From Podarcis liolepis (lineage: Eukaryota), in the NCBI GenBank assembly GCA_965112155.1, contig OZ218109.1: a stretch of 64,000 bases of DNA; one strand, given 5' to 3'. Position 1 is the first letter of the stretch. The number at the start of each line of letters is the position of its first letter. The translations under genes were made by a program, and so were the position numbers. This document shows positions 36,207-49,532 of the stretch, one piece after another. The notes below the pieces were generated by a model that was not told the origin of the DNA, searched no databases, and saw nothing but the letters and a program-made list of their open reading frames with translations.

Positions 36207-37320
36207 CCACGCCTCCCCGCCTGCCCCTGCCAGGCCTAGAGGAGGAGCTGCCTGTCTGATTTTGGGGAAAGGCGGCCTGGTTGCCGCCTCGTCTCCGGCC
36301 CAGGGGAGGAGCGTGTGTGCGCGCGCTCTGCTCGAGGAACTTGCGCGCGAGTTTGCAAAGCCTCTTTCGCCCTCGCCGAGGGGACAGATGATGGCGAGGC
36401 GTCCGCCTTAGTCGACCACGGGGGTCTCCTGTTTCACGGGGAGGGCCGCAGATCTCTGGAACAAGAGGAATATGCAATAAGGAAGAGACCCGCTGAAGTT
36501 CAGCTGCCCTTTGCGGTCATGAAATTAAAGTGTGTTCAGCGGGCAGTGTCCCCAACGAAATCGTCATTGTGGTTTATTTCACACCCACCACCACTTTTTG
36601 CAGAGAACCGCCAGTGCGCAATATGCTGCTGTATAGAATAATGATGATGATGATGATGGAGAATAAAAATTCTAGCGTGCAGCCCCAACTTAGTCCTATG
36701 TTCAGGTATTGCAGTAGATGTCCCCAATCGGAAACAAACACACAAACATGGTAAATAGCCCACTGGTGACCTATATCAATGTGCAGCCTTGATAAAACTT
36801 ACTGCTGCTCTGGGTCAGATGAAGATGTCTTGCTGTTGCCCAAACAACACTGGAGATCCATTAAGCAAGTACAGTACAGTAATGTCAGTTTTCCCTGAAG
36901 ATGCCAGGAGGGACGAGTTGGAGTGGCAGAGAGACCTGGTGCTGATAAAGTCAAGTGGAACATCTGTATATATATTTTTAAAAGGCACACCAAAATGCTG
37001 AGGTTTAAAATAAGTTGAGGGGGTTCCTGGGTGCCTTGTTTATGAGATTTCAGAACACATGTTAAAAACCTGTTTTTGAAGGTGACCTGCAATAGAGACC
37101 CCAGTTGTCTGCTCTTGCAAGTCACTGTCATGCAAATGGATTCAGAATCCCAATCTCCTGCACTAGCTGCTCCTGAGAAACAAAATTAAAAATGGAAATG
37201 TGGAATTTCATAATTTTATCCATTTTCAGCTGCTCCTGCAATAAAAGAGGCCATGCTATAAATTTTCACAAAGAACTAATTACTACAGTCCCAAATGAAT
37301 AACTTCATTTTAATAAAAAG
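36207..37320 (+). other. PRR15: Probable PRR15 3' UTR; AATAAA candidates at 36662, 37240 and 37312
   Basis: Sequence after the stop codon with several polyA hexamers; the site actually used is unknown. Confidence 0.45.
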
Positions 37321-38074
37321 ACACAGGGAAAAAACAATCTATGGTTCACTTCCTTTATGCCAAGGAGGCTTTTTGTTAGTCTAGTATGCTTTTAATAGCC
37401 TCCTTTTGGGAAGAGAGGGAGTTGGAAATGTTCCATCTTATCTTATTTCAAGGCCAAAACCTTCTAGTGGCACCTGGAGATTCTTAACAATTGTATTCCT
37501 GTTGGTAGAAATGTCAGTAAACGAATCTGTCTGCTATTCAGTGGATTATAAAGGGAAGGGAGGGAGGTTATAGTTGGGGAAGTACTACACCTCTTGCTCC
37601 CAAATTTATTCTCTACAAAGAAGCAGAAAAAGGAAACAACATTTCATTTTGTTTCTGGTAATTAGAAGCAGCTGCTTCAACTGGAACGCAATAAGGGAGT
37701 AATATTTGTCATTCTCGTTGTTAAGAGACGAACATGATACATTTTAGTACTATGGTTCTCAAGTAACTGATACCTCCTCTGGAGAAGCTGAACAAAAGGG
37801 ACCCAGCCTAAATACCTCTGGGTAAAAGGACTGCTGGAGGAGAACAGAGCTGGGCTGTCTGCTCAATGCAGTGCCAATAACCCTTCAGCTCAAAATCCCC
37901 CAATGCCTCCTGGTGCCAGACCATAGGAGACTGACAGAAATATCTCCAGGAGTTTCTCTAAGTTGAGATGGAAAGGTATATGTTACCTGTAGGGTAGGAA
38001 AGTGTGTGGCTTTGAGATTTTGATGGGAATTAAATAAAATAAAAATTCTTGAAATTTTATTTGGTAGAGCACTC

Positions 38075-38459
38075 TACTGGCACTGTGGTCTAAACCACTG
38101 AGCTTCTTGGGCTTGCCAGTCAGAAAGTTGGCAGTTCAAATCCCCGTGACGGAGTGAGCTCCCATTGCTCTGTCCCAGTTCCTGCCAACCTAGCAATTCA
38201 AAAGCACCCCGGTGTTAGTAGATAAATAGGTACCACTGCAGCAGGAAGGTAAACAGTGTTTCTGTGCACTCTGGTTTCCTTCATGGTGTTCCATTGTGCC
38301 AGAAGTGGTTTAGTCATGCTGGCCACATGATCTGGAAAGCTGTCTGTGGACAAACACTGGTTCCCTCGGCCCAAAAGTGAGATGAGCGCCGCAACCCCAT
38401 AGTCGTCTTTGACTGGACTTAACCATCCAGGGGTCCTTTACCTTTTGTTTTTACCTTTT
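38075..38459 (+). mobile_element. Sauria SINE
   Basis: Typical body and ACCTTT tail. Confidence 0.88.
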
Positions 38460-40419
38460 ATGTGAACTACATATTAACTGGACACCTGCAATTTAAAATT
38501 TGGAGACCCAACTTTTTTTAAAACAAGTAAGACCCACTTTCTGTTTCACAGCTGTAGTGTGGCTGCTTTCAAATAATTCTTGCTGTGTCAATGCTCGCCA
38601 CAGAACTGTTATAGGTGTGCTAGTGTGTTGGAAAGTCTCCGTGCCAGACATGCTGCCGTGGAGACAATAGCACAAATCCTCGTATGTTTTCTGGCATTGC
38701 CTTGGATGTGTTTGGAGGAAGCAGGCGTGCTTTTTGTAGGCCTGTGTCTTATAGGTTTCAATTCAACATGCTTCTCAATACACACCCTTGGTAATTCTTC
38801 ATGAAGGCTCCAGCCAGCCTGTATGTAGAACAGGAGTGAGGAACCTTTCTCAGCCTAAGGGCCGCATTCCCTCTTGTGGAACCTTCCAGGGGCCACCCAC
38901 CAGTGAAGGTTGTGCCGTGCCATGATGCCATACATACTTATCATTGAATTCAGCGGGACTTACTTCTGACTGCGTTGTTAGCATTCTCCCTTTTAAGTCG
39001 GGGGTAAAAAATCCTTTTTCTGCAGCAGGAAAACAAAAGCACCATTTAATATAAGCTGTGATACCCACTCTCCCACAGTATTTTAGTTCATTATTTTAAA
39101 ATGTCAGAAATATCCATCCTTGGAGACTCTAGAGATGCCTTTTAGATCCTGTTAATCCAATTTGGGCAGTAATGCAAATGCTATCCAGTCCTTTGTTGTA
39201 TTTATTTATTTATTACATATTTAAAGGGGGGAAAGAGAACGGTGGCTATTTATTACATTTCATCCTTTGGAAAATTAAACTCTAAATAGGAAGTATCCCT
39301 AGAAAATAACTAGTTCTAATTCTTTCAAAGAAAGAAGCTTCTGATATAAGCAAAACCGCCAGCATACGATGAGAAGAAGAAGAAAAAGTCTCGCTGGCAC
39401 CATTTCTAGTGCAATTGCCCAAAGGGAGACAGGATTCAGTTTGAGCTGAGGCTCAGGTTGATGCCCACAGCTGCTCCGAAGGATAGGACATCCTTACACA
39501 CTTGCAATCTAACCCAAATAACAAGCTGCATAGCCAGCTCTTCTGAAGCCGTTGCAGGTGGGTTTGTCAGCGACTGTGCAAATGCAGGTAAGGCGTGATG
39601 CTTGTGAATGAATTTGTATTCAGCCATTTTAATGAATGAATTGGTGTTAAGCTCTTCGTTAATATATTGAAAGCAGACACATGCCACCGCCCCGCCCCCG
39701 GCCTCCTTTGGAGGAAGTTGTATTTCCAACACAACTAGAAGCGAACGTCGCTAAGGACTGAGGTGTCGTGTAAGCTCTAAACAAATGAGAGTGGTCAATA
39801 ACACTGAGCAAAGTATTTGGCATTTAAATCCTTTATTTATCTTCTCATAAAGTTATGCAACAGGAGGAAATTAGTGGAACAAAAAAACCACACATTTGTC
39901 GTAGGTGGAACGTAGACTTTAACCCCCTGTTCGCAACACACTTTCTGTGCAAACCAGGCTTTTGTGTGTCTAAGGGTCTTTCTGTTGTTTGTCTGACTGT
40001 TAAGCACACACAATGCTGCTGATATTGTGACATAAGACGTTGTTTCTGAATGTTTCTCGGAAGCCAAACTTTTCCTTGCTATGACTCACTCCCCCCTTGG
40101 CCATCTGCGAACACACCCTTTCGCCAATCTCGATCTGTTCCTTCACCAGAAAGAACACCTCCCTGTTGCCTAAATAAACCACAGCAGCTCCCAGTTCACT
40201 CTGCTTTCATTGAGTACTTAACAATGCATGAAAATGTACCAGCTTAACCAGCAAGCTTTTAAAGAAACAAGTTGCTGAAATTCTGTCCGGTAACTTGCAG
40301 GGGGTACTGGCTTAATTATGCCTAACTACCCTTCATGCTATGAACTGGTGCAGTGTTTCTGTAAAAAACAGAAAATACCTAGGGCAGGGGTGGGGCATCT
40401 TTTTCAGGCTAAGCACCTT

Positions 40420-40957
40420 ATCCCTTTAAAGAAACAAAACAGCTCAGTCTTAGTGATCACAGCAAGCCTTCTCAGTAGGTCTTGCCCCAATGAGGCCGTT
40501 GCGAGGACCGAAGGTCTCCGCCTTCCCACTGCTCTCTAAGGCTCCTGCCCTAGTTCCTTTCCCAGCACCCTAAGGCTCTGTCATCTTGTCTCTTGTTGCT
40601 CCACCCTCTTCATTTCTCTGCATGTTCTGGGAGACCAGCGGGGAAGGGAATTGGTTGCAGCAGGAGGCGGAGACTCCCTGGCTTCTTCCGCAGCCTGCCT
40701 CGCCTTTGTCCCCTGGCTCCCCTCTTCTCCTGCATTTGAGTCTGGACTGCTCTCTGCCACAGCTTCTTCCTGCTCACTAAGCCCTGTTGCCTCTTCAGCT
40801 TCTGACACTTCCTCCTCCCAGTTTTTCCCCTCTGACCATGCATCGTCACCCCACCACCAATCCCCTGGCTCTGAGCTTTCTTCTCCTGGGGGTTCCCTTG
40901 GGGGTTCCCCTACCTGGTGCCTCCCACCACTTTTCTGCATCTAGCCAGTCCATGACA
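40420..40957 (-). mobile_element. Probable LTR fragment (starts TGTCATGGACTGG on the - strand) inside a degraded hAT MITE (~40385-40991)
   Basis: TG start and purine-rich body; flanking CAGGGGTGGGG...CCCCACTCCTG. Left boundary uncertain. Confidence 0.45.
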
Positions 40958-43217
40958 CTTGCGAAGGGATGCATTCGGTTCCCCACTCCTGATTTAGGGC
41001 CCAGCAATTATTCTCCTAGACAGGAATTTCAGCAGTGAAAAAACAGGCATCATTGATGCAGCAGAACATGTTCATTTGGAAGTCAGTGTAACCCACTATG
41101 CAAGCCTGCAATGGTCCTTTAAGCCACGAGGAGGGAGACAGCTGTCCTGTCCTGGCTCAGATCCCTGAACTTCATACACACGACAGCGTTAGAATTAAAA
41201 TGGTTATGGGTGTGCCCTTGCAAACATACATCAGTTTTGCCTTGAATAAGAAAGCCGGTTCAAATTGATGCTTTGATATGAAACACATCATGTGATGTTG
41301 GGTAAAACACATGCAGTCAGCCTGATCTAGGTCAAAAGACTAAAAGTTCTCTAAGCTGCCAGATGGAAATCAGAGGGAATTCAAATGTGTGCTATAACCT
41401 TCTCATAGGTCTGTATGAGAGCAAATGGTGGATCACTTGTTGGAAACACATGTGCAAAGCATGCTGCATAATACCCAGTTCCCATATGTAAAGAGCTTTT
41501 GTGGTGGTGCGTTTTCAAAGAAGGAATCCCTCCTTCTAAGTTGGCAGAGATTCCAGTTCACATTGTGACGCCAGCGGAGTAGTATAGTAATCAACACTAT
41601 TTACATCATAATTCAATGAACATTTGTTATGTGGTTAATAAAGATACTTTAATACAAAATGTACTTGAGTGATATTCCTTGCTGAACTATATAACTTTTC
41701 TGTAAGCTTGGCAAGGCTAATTACAAAAATTCCCAGAGGGGTAACTATGTGAGCCTACTAGAGCAACAACAAAGAGTCTTGGGTTGTGGCACCTGAAAGA
41801 AGAACACATTTTATTAAGATATCAGCTTTCAGGGACTATAGTGCACTTCACTGGATGCATCTAATGAACTGCACTCTAGCCTATGAAAGAATAATATTTG
41901 TTAGACTTTTAGGTGCCACAGAACTATTCACTGCTGCCAACACAAGTTGAGAATTTAGACTTGAAGACCATAATGCCCTCCAGGCTTTATAGCAAGGACA
42001 TTCCTAGGTACTTAAAAGGACTCAGGGCACATATCATAACCCTGGGGTCGGAATCCCCTTCTTTGGGGAATGAGGTTAAAAATTCGGAATCAGAAACAGA
42101 ATTGTGTGCAGGGTCAACCCCAGAAACACTTCCACCAGACATGACTGAAGTGCCAGTTCCTCTCTGGCCCAAGGGTATCACATTGTTGCCCTCTGGCTTC
42201 CATCGCAGAATTCCCAGTACAACCAGAATCTATAGCACTCTCTTGGAGTAAATGGCTATTGGAACAATCTGAGGCACTTTTCAGTGAATGTGAAGCTTGC
42301 AAGCAGGACAAACCTGAAGCAACACCAGAGCTCTGCTTTCCTTTCCCTCAGGCTCAATGCCAGTAATGTGTCCACATCTGTGATGGGATTTATTTATGCT
42401 TAATTTTTAAATATATATCCCCCCCCTTCTTGGGTTATGGTGGTAATTTAGTCGGGATTTCCCCCTTTAATTCTCCTTTTAAAAACAGCTTCGTGTAATA
42501 GACAACTGAAGAGATTCAGCTCATTAAAAAGATTGGAAGTAACACCAGGGAATTGCTAGGCCTAAGCATACTTGTTTAGTCTTGCTATGATTGCTGCTTC
42601 TTTTCTTAGAATAAAATCCTCATTATTTACCCCTGCCTCAGTTCTTGGACACAACACTTACATATAAAACAATGAACTATCGCAGAATTGTAAAATCACA
42701 GTTACAAAGTTATTGGAAAACAACAGGAGAGCAAATAGTGCAGAGGAATTAGTTGCCTCATAAATTCATATTTGCAGACGTACTATTTGTCTCCACCAAG
42801 TAGCTATGACAGTAGGCATTTCTGGGCCCATCTTACATCTCCAGTTCCAGTGATCACATTCTGAATTTATGTGTGCATAAGGCACTCATCTGGATCATTG
42901 TTTGTAGGATCTTGGCTAGAACAAAGGCATTCTCAGTGCTCTCTTGGACTTCCAAATAAGTCAGTGGGAATTTTGCCAATGCATTACGTGAGAGTTGTCA
43001 TGAATTGAGTTAATGGCTGATTTGGGCCTTTGAACCCAGGATTCCTGGGTCACATGGACTGCCATATTAGGGGAGCAGTGGACAAAGACACACACCCGCA
43101 CCCCAGGTTTTAGGAGGCCCACCAAATCCCACAATAATACACAGATTACAGCTTTTTATTTATCAGATTATTTTTTTAATTTACTAATGCAAAGAAATAA
43201 AACATTGTTGTAATATA

Positions 43218-43459
43218 CAGTGGTACCTCGGGTTACAGACAATTCAGGTTACAGACACTTCAGGTTACAGACTCTGCTAACCCAGAAATAGTACCTCGGG
43301 TTAAGCACTTTATTTCAGGATGAGAAAAGAAATCGTGTGGCAGTGGCACGGCGGCGGCGGGAGGCCCCATTAGCTAAAGTGGTGCTTCAGGTTAAGAACA
43401 GTTTCAGGTTAAGAATGGACCTCCAGAACGAATTAAGTTCTTAACCCAAGGTACCACTG
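43218..43459. mobile_element. Tigger/pogo-like MITE
   Basis: Same family as 28949-29175; TA TSD. Confidence 0.9.
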
Positions 43460-43463
43460 TAAT

Positions 43464-44144
43464 TGTCATCAACCTACAGGACATCAGGGAGGAGGAAGTG
43501 GATCTTGATGAGGGATGTAACCAGGTCTGGGACACACCAGGGCATGCCAGAGATGGTGAAGGAGAAGTTGGTGTAGGAAGCACCCATGGGATGACAGAGG
43601 ATGGTGAGGGGATGGGTGTCAGTGCACAGGAACCAGAGCAGCAGGGCCCATCACCAGAGGTAGAGGGGGCCCTGTCTCCACCGCAGGCTCTCTAGGACAC
43701 GGTTTCCCAAACTTGGGATCTCCAGCTGTTTTTGGACTACAACTCCCATCATCCCTAGCTAGCAAGACCAGTGGTCAGGTGGGACTTGCTAGCTCTGGGA
43801 GGAAGTGTGTGATTCCTCTGCTGGAGTTGGCTTGGAACAGGTGAGGGTCATCTGGCTCATCAAGCCCAGATGCTGCAATCAGCATGCAAAGTATAAAAGG
43901 GCAGCAGAGATGAGGTGCTGTGTCTGCTCAACTTCCCATGTTGGTGGGACCATGGCTTGGATGGTCAAGGGAGCGCTTCAGGGCTGACCTCCAGGTGTCC
44001 TGACCCCCTGAATTGGCTGCAGAGGAGGGATCCTGACCTGATTGGACTCTGGACCCGTTGGCCTGCTGGACTGCATGCTAGCATCTACTATGGGATTGTG
44101 CACTCCAGTGGCACTTGCCACCAGGTACCCCATGGTTCAGGGCA
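43464..44144 (+). mobile_element. Probable solo LTR (TG...CA) with an internal truncated hAT MITE (~43698-43780)
   Basis: TGTCA...GGCA ends; TATA-like GTATAAAAGG at ~43891; 5-bp TSD ATAAT recovered once the adjacent Tigger MITE is removed. Confidence 0.55.
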
Positions 44145-46328
44145 ATAATATGCTAACATAATGTTTATATGTCAATGAATGTTATGTATAAAGTTGCAGC
44201 TGTAATTTATATGCTTTCTGAAGCTATGCACTTCTTATTTATTGAAGAAATTTATTATATTTCATCTCCAATAAGGAGGCGTGTAATTGGATACCAGTTT
44301 ATAAATTGGGGAACCCCCCCCCCCAAATGTATATGGCACTGGGGCTCACAACAAAGTTAATGTTACATATTAGATAGCTGATACATGGCCACAGAGGACT
44401 TGGGTACTTTTCAGAGCAAATACTTGCAAGAGAGAGAGATGGAGAGGCTAAAATATAGAGACATCATACTGGCCATGAATGATTATGAGAAGCAGGGTGG
44501 TGCGATGTTGCTTTTTGACCACATTGTTCTCAGTTGAAATTTGTGGCAAAGCAGTATCTTGGGAAGGCATGGGAATGATTCTAGAACTGCATACTCATAT
44601 CCTCGGTTAGATTCAACTTTAATTACCGTATTTTATATTTGATAAAGGAAGCCCGAAACAAGCAGGAAAAAATGGACCAGGGTCATGCTATGCAGCTATT
44701 AAGAATGGGCAATGTCCATGCAATCATAAACACAAGCAATTATAAAGCAGTAAAATAAGTTCCACACCCCTGAGGTCAAATGAACTGATAATTTCTTGGG
44801 GTCACACCCTTCACGATGAATCACACCCTGCAAGGTCCTTCCCAATGGAGATTTGAAAGGTTGTTAGCTTTTAGGGATTTTCTTGTATTTTTTCAGATAA
44901 CACCTTTGTGTTTGTGTGCATGCTGGTTCTAGTAAGTCTCCAAAGAACAGATTTCCCTATACGGTTACACTTTCGATGATATTTTATGGCACAGCCTTCA
45001 CTTGGAGAATTTGATAATCAGCTTTCTAAGATTCTAATTCAGGGATTGCCAACAAGGTGCCCTCCACAAGTTTTGGGCTACAACTCGCATCATCCCTGAC
45101 AGCACCGGATTTCAGGCAGCGTGGCCGGTTCTGCCGCACATGGCGCTGAGCTGAGCAAGCGCAAAATGTAGAAGACCCATAATTGAGAAGATCTATTTGG
45201 GGGTGCCAAATTTTGGGCTCGCACAGGGCGCCATATTTTGAATACCGAAGTCTGCCCCTTTGCCTGACCACTGGGCCTGCTGTCTAGGGATAATGGGAGT
45301 TGTAGTCCAACAACATCTAGGAACCCAAGGTTGAGAAAGGTTGCTCTAGCTTGCTCACCACACTTGGTTCTTGCTCTGCGCATGCTTAAACACTTGTTGT
45401 GACCATGCTATGAGTGATAGCACTAGATCACTGGTTTTCAGCTGGAGAGCTGGGACCCAGAACTGGTTCACAGTCGGCTCTAAGGTGGGTTTCAACAGCA
45501 GCACTATTGTCATACAAACAGATGTGTGTTTGAGTTAAAGGTAGGTCCCAGTTATGAGACAGCTGAAGACTACTTCTCTATTTGAATATGCAGGAAATCT
45601 TAATGTAAAGCCCAAATGGCACTGGTCTACAACTTTGCCTGGGTTTCTTTTTGCATTCCTGCTATTCCGGGCAATCAGTGTAGCGGAAGGTTTTAAATAT
45701 GTAAAAATAATCCAAGTTTTGTTTTTCATCAAAGAGATAGCTTGCCTCGATTGTGCTTGTTTAGGGCAGCATCAAGGGACATATTCGCCCCATGCATGCA
45801 GAGGCCACATTCCAACTCAATGCACGAGGTAGCAGTGACATGCACGGCAAGCATGATTCTTCTGGCTGCTTGGCAAATTGAGATTGAAGCTTATTCGCAA
45901 GGTAATTTATGTTCCTAGGCAACATTTATGACAATTCTATAAAAGTTCCTCTGCAGGGATATCACGGCATTGCAAAAGTATTGCTATCATAAAGTAGGAT
46001 GTTATCTGTTTCTGAAATACAATTAAGCTATAATATTAACAAAGGTCAAGCCTGTGAGGGATTAGCAGCCCGAACTAGCAAATGCATATTAATGCTTGTT
46101 AGCATGAGAAGGGGCTACGACCACAGAGCTGAAATTGCTGACGCTCAGACCACAGAAATAGAATTGGTAGAGAGGGCTCTGTGTGATGTCACTTCCCCTC
46201 CTCTCCCAGAGAGGAAGGAGCATATAGTGCTTCCTGTTCCTCTCTCTCTTCCTTTGACCAGAGATGGATGCAGACATGCCTCCACTTGCTCCAGGCGCAT
46301 GCCTGAAGCTTGTTAGACAATGTAAGTA

Positions 46329-46551
46329 CAGTGGTACCTTGGGTTACAGACATTTCAGGTTACAGACTCCGCTAACCCAGAAATAGTACCTCAGGTTAAG
46401 AACTTTACTTCAGGATGAGAACATAAATCGTGCGACGGCACTGCAGCAGCAGGAGGCCCCATTAGCTAAAGTGGTACCTCAGTTTAAGAACAGTTTCAGG
46501 TTAAGAATGGACCTCTGGAACGAATTAAGTTCTTAACCCAAGGTACCACTG
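46329..46551. mobile_element. Tigger/pogo-like MITE
   Basis: Same family as 28949-29175; TA TSD. Confidence 0.9.
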
Positions 46552-46621
46552 TATTTTGCCTGTTCAATTTTTACTGCTGCCTTTGCTGTGAACCAATGCA
46601 AGATTATAAGTAAGTAAATTA

Positions 46622-46984
46622 CCGTATTTTTTGCACCATAACACTCACTTTTTTCCTCCTAGAAAGTAAGGGGAAATGTCTGTGTGTGTTATGGAGCGAA
46701 TGCCTGCGGGTGGCGGGGGGATCTGCTGCATTCGTGAGCAGAGGATCCATAGTTCCCCTTCCTTCCCTCCTCCGTGGTTACAAAGCATGGATCCACATGG
46801 ATCCTCAGGATTTTTGCATTGGGCTACTCCAAACTCACTGTCACATCACATGTCTGTGGCCACAGCATGAACCACAAAAATCATACATCCACTATTTTGT
46901 TTAGAATTTTTTTTTCTTGTTTTCCTCCTCTAAAAACTACGTGCGTGTTATGGTCAGGTGCGTGTTATAGAGCGAAAAATACGG
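46622..46984. mobile_element. Tc2/pogo-like MITE
   Basis: TA-CCGTATTTTTTGCACCATAAC...GTTATAGAGCGAAAAATACGG-TA. Confidence 0.8.
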
Positions 46985-47363
46985 TATATATGTGCCTGGT
47001 GGGGCCTGTTGTAGCCATGGGAGTGCCTGGCGGGGCCTGCCATGGCTGTGGGTAGGCCTGGCGAGGCTGGCTAAGACCTGGTGAGGCCCACCATGGCTCC
47101 CATAGAGATTGGTGCCTACAATACAGCTAAGGAAGAAAGTGGAGGAAGTAGGCCTGCCATATGTCCAGATTTTCCTTGACTGGGATTTCAAAGGTGGAAT
47201 TGATGTCCTGGGTGTGTGGGTGGGTGTGCAAGAGGCAGTGCTTTGTCCTGGATCTTAGACAAGTCGTAAAATTGTGCTTTTCTTGGGTGGTTTGTTTTTT
47301 GTAAAAAAATAGCTCAACAACTTTCAGGTTTTCCTTTAAAAGGCTCCACTAAATAGTATTACA

Positions 47364-49424
47364 GGACTTCCGGGTCAGCGCCAACGACGAATGTCGGAGT
47401 TCCTCCGATCGGAGGAACGGGCTCTGTGGAAATTGGGTCTTCCCGCCGCGGCGAAGGCGGGGGCCCGCTAGAAATCCCAGGCGGAGAAGCCTGGGAACAT
47501 GGGGTTCAGCAGAGCACCAAGAGCGCCTCCCCTACTCACGAGGAAACCCCTTTTTGGGGCTCCGGAGTGAAGTGGGGTGAGCAGCGCGGTGCTGCGAACC
47601 GATCGCTATTTCCATGGAGGGAAGCCGCGCAGCCATCGCCGGAGAGCGCTGACTTTTTCCTGATGACATTTGGACTTTAAATCAAGCACCCGTGAGTAAA
47701 AACGGAGAATTGGATTAAGAAATTTGCAAAATTTATGAATTAGGCACGAAGCGGGAAGGTGTAAACAGGAAGTCCGCCTCCCGTTTTTGTATATAGATTG
47801 AAGCAAAGACCTCGCAACATAATAGCCTGAAGAACTGCTTTAAAGTTGGAAATTTCCTGCATCCACAACCAATAAAACCCCCTTGGAAGCAGGAGAAAAG
47901 GGGGGGGGGGTTGACTGTTTAATCCTGCAGGAGGAGAGTAAAGGAATTTAAGTTTCCATCGCCCCAAACCTGGGGACGGGGTGTCGGGACAGAAACCGTT
48001 TGAGACGTCCATTGATTGAAAGTGGAGCACTTTGACAGATAGTTAAAAAAAAAGAGAGAGAAACAAATTAACTTCAACGCTACTTTCTGCATTTCTGCTT
48101 TTTAAAGAAACAAAGTATCTGAAATCGAAAGGAACTGAAATCGAAAGTAATCTCCTTTGTTGGATATATTTTAAAAATGGATACAAATAGAAATTGTGTC
48201 CCTGTCAGTTTGTTGTTGCAGCTTACTTGGAGACTCTACAGATGTGAGATTTGGATCGTGGGACCAGCCGTTTGACCTTGATCTTGAACAGAAATGTGTT
48301 GGCAGGAAGGTTTGGTGTCTGCCCTTGGCATGACTAATGCTTTGCTGGAGCAGCTGCATGAGAAAATGAACTTGATGCATGAAAAATTGGACCTGATGAG
48401 TGCTGTGGCCAGTGAATATGATTTAACAGGGAATAAGGATAAAGAAGTTATACAGCGATCAATTCAGGAATCTGGTTTGCCAAGGCAAGTCCAAGGGCAG
48501 ATGGAGAAAGAAGAAGCAGTGATTACTCCTCAAACAACACAAATGGAAAGATCCAAAGTCCTGCAGGAACAAAAGCTACTGCGTTGGAAGATTGAACTTG
48601 GAGACTGCTGGGAAGTATTTGAAGTCAAGGAAGCTTTTAACTCTAGTGGGACTATGAAACAGGTGAACAACTATCTTTTGCATAAATACCCTTTGGATTA
48701 CAAAGATGAAGACGGGGAGTGGGACTGGGGGGAAGGGGCCAATCTGATGAAGGAAAATGGAAACTATTACCAGATGGAACCCTCCGGAGACCCACTCCCC
48801 AAGAAACCAACAATTGATAAAGAAGTGCGCAAGCACAAACAAGAACAAAAAAATTTGCAGAATGGGCCTAGAAGAGATTTAAGGGCCTCGGACATTAGAA
48901 CACCAGATTGATGGACTGGATGTAATGGACAGAAAGGACTGACATGACCCGAAACCAGGAAGAAGGGACGTTGGATAAAAATTAGAGATATCAAGGGAAA
49001 TTCTTTTGCTAATTTTGGAATTAGTGCAACATTAATAAAATTTGAGGGAATATGCTGGAAAGGAACTAAATTGGCTTTAGTAGAAATGATTTTAAGGAGA
49101 TATGTATGAATATGATGTAAACTTTGAAATTTTAAGATTTTTAAGATAAGATAAGGGTAAAGAGATTAAGGTAAATTGAATAACAGATTATATTAAAAGA
49201 TGGAAAGGTTATCTTGATTAATAAATAAGAGAGATTGTGAAGATTAATCATTTAAATTAAAATTGAGAAACATGGGAAGAATTTGCTGAAATAACGAATT
49301 AAACTAGAATACAAAAAGGGAGGTGCGAGGAGGTTCAAGAATTAAGCAAATGAAAAGTTGCAATCTGAGATTTGTATTTTTCTTCTTTCTTTTTTTGAGT
49401 TTTTTCCTTTTGTTTTTTTTCTTG

Positions 49425-49476
<52 letters not shown>

Positions 49477-49532
49477 CTGTGTGTCTTGTTTTGATGAAAT
49501 TTTGAATAAATATCATTTAAAAAATAAATAGA
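47364..49532 (+). mobile_element. Apparently full-length non-autonomous L1-type retroelement (HAL1-like), one 205-aa ORF (48294-48911), no EN/RT
   Basis: 14-bp TSD TAAATAGTATTACA (47350-47363, 49533-49546); CpG-rich 5' end starting GGACTTCCGG; AATAAA and A-rich tail. Confidence 0.75.

Noticed and set aside
35583-36477. Antisense ORFs overlapping PRR15
   Set aside because: Shadow ORFs in GC-rich coding DNA.
40581-40940. 119-aa acidic ORF
   Set aside because: Lies within purine-rich LTR-like repeat sequence; no splice signals or homology recognised.
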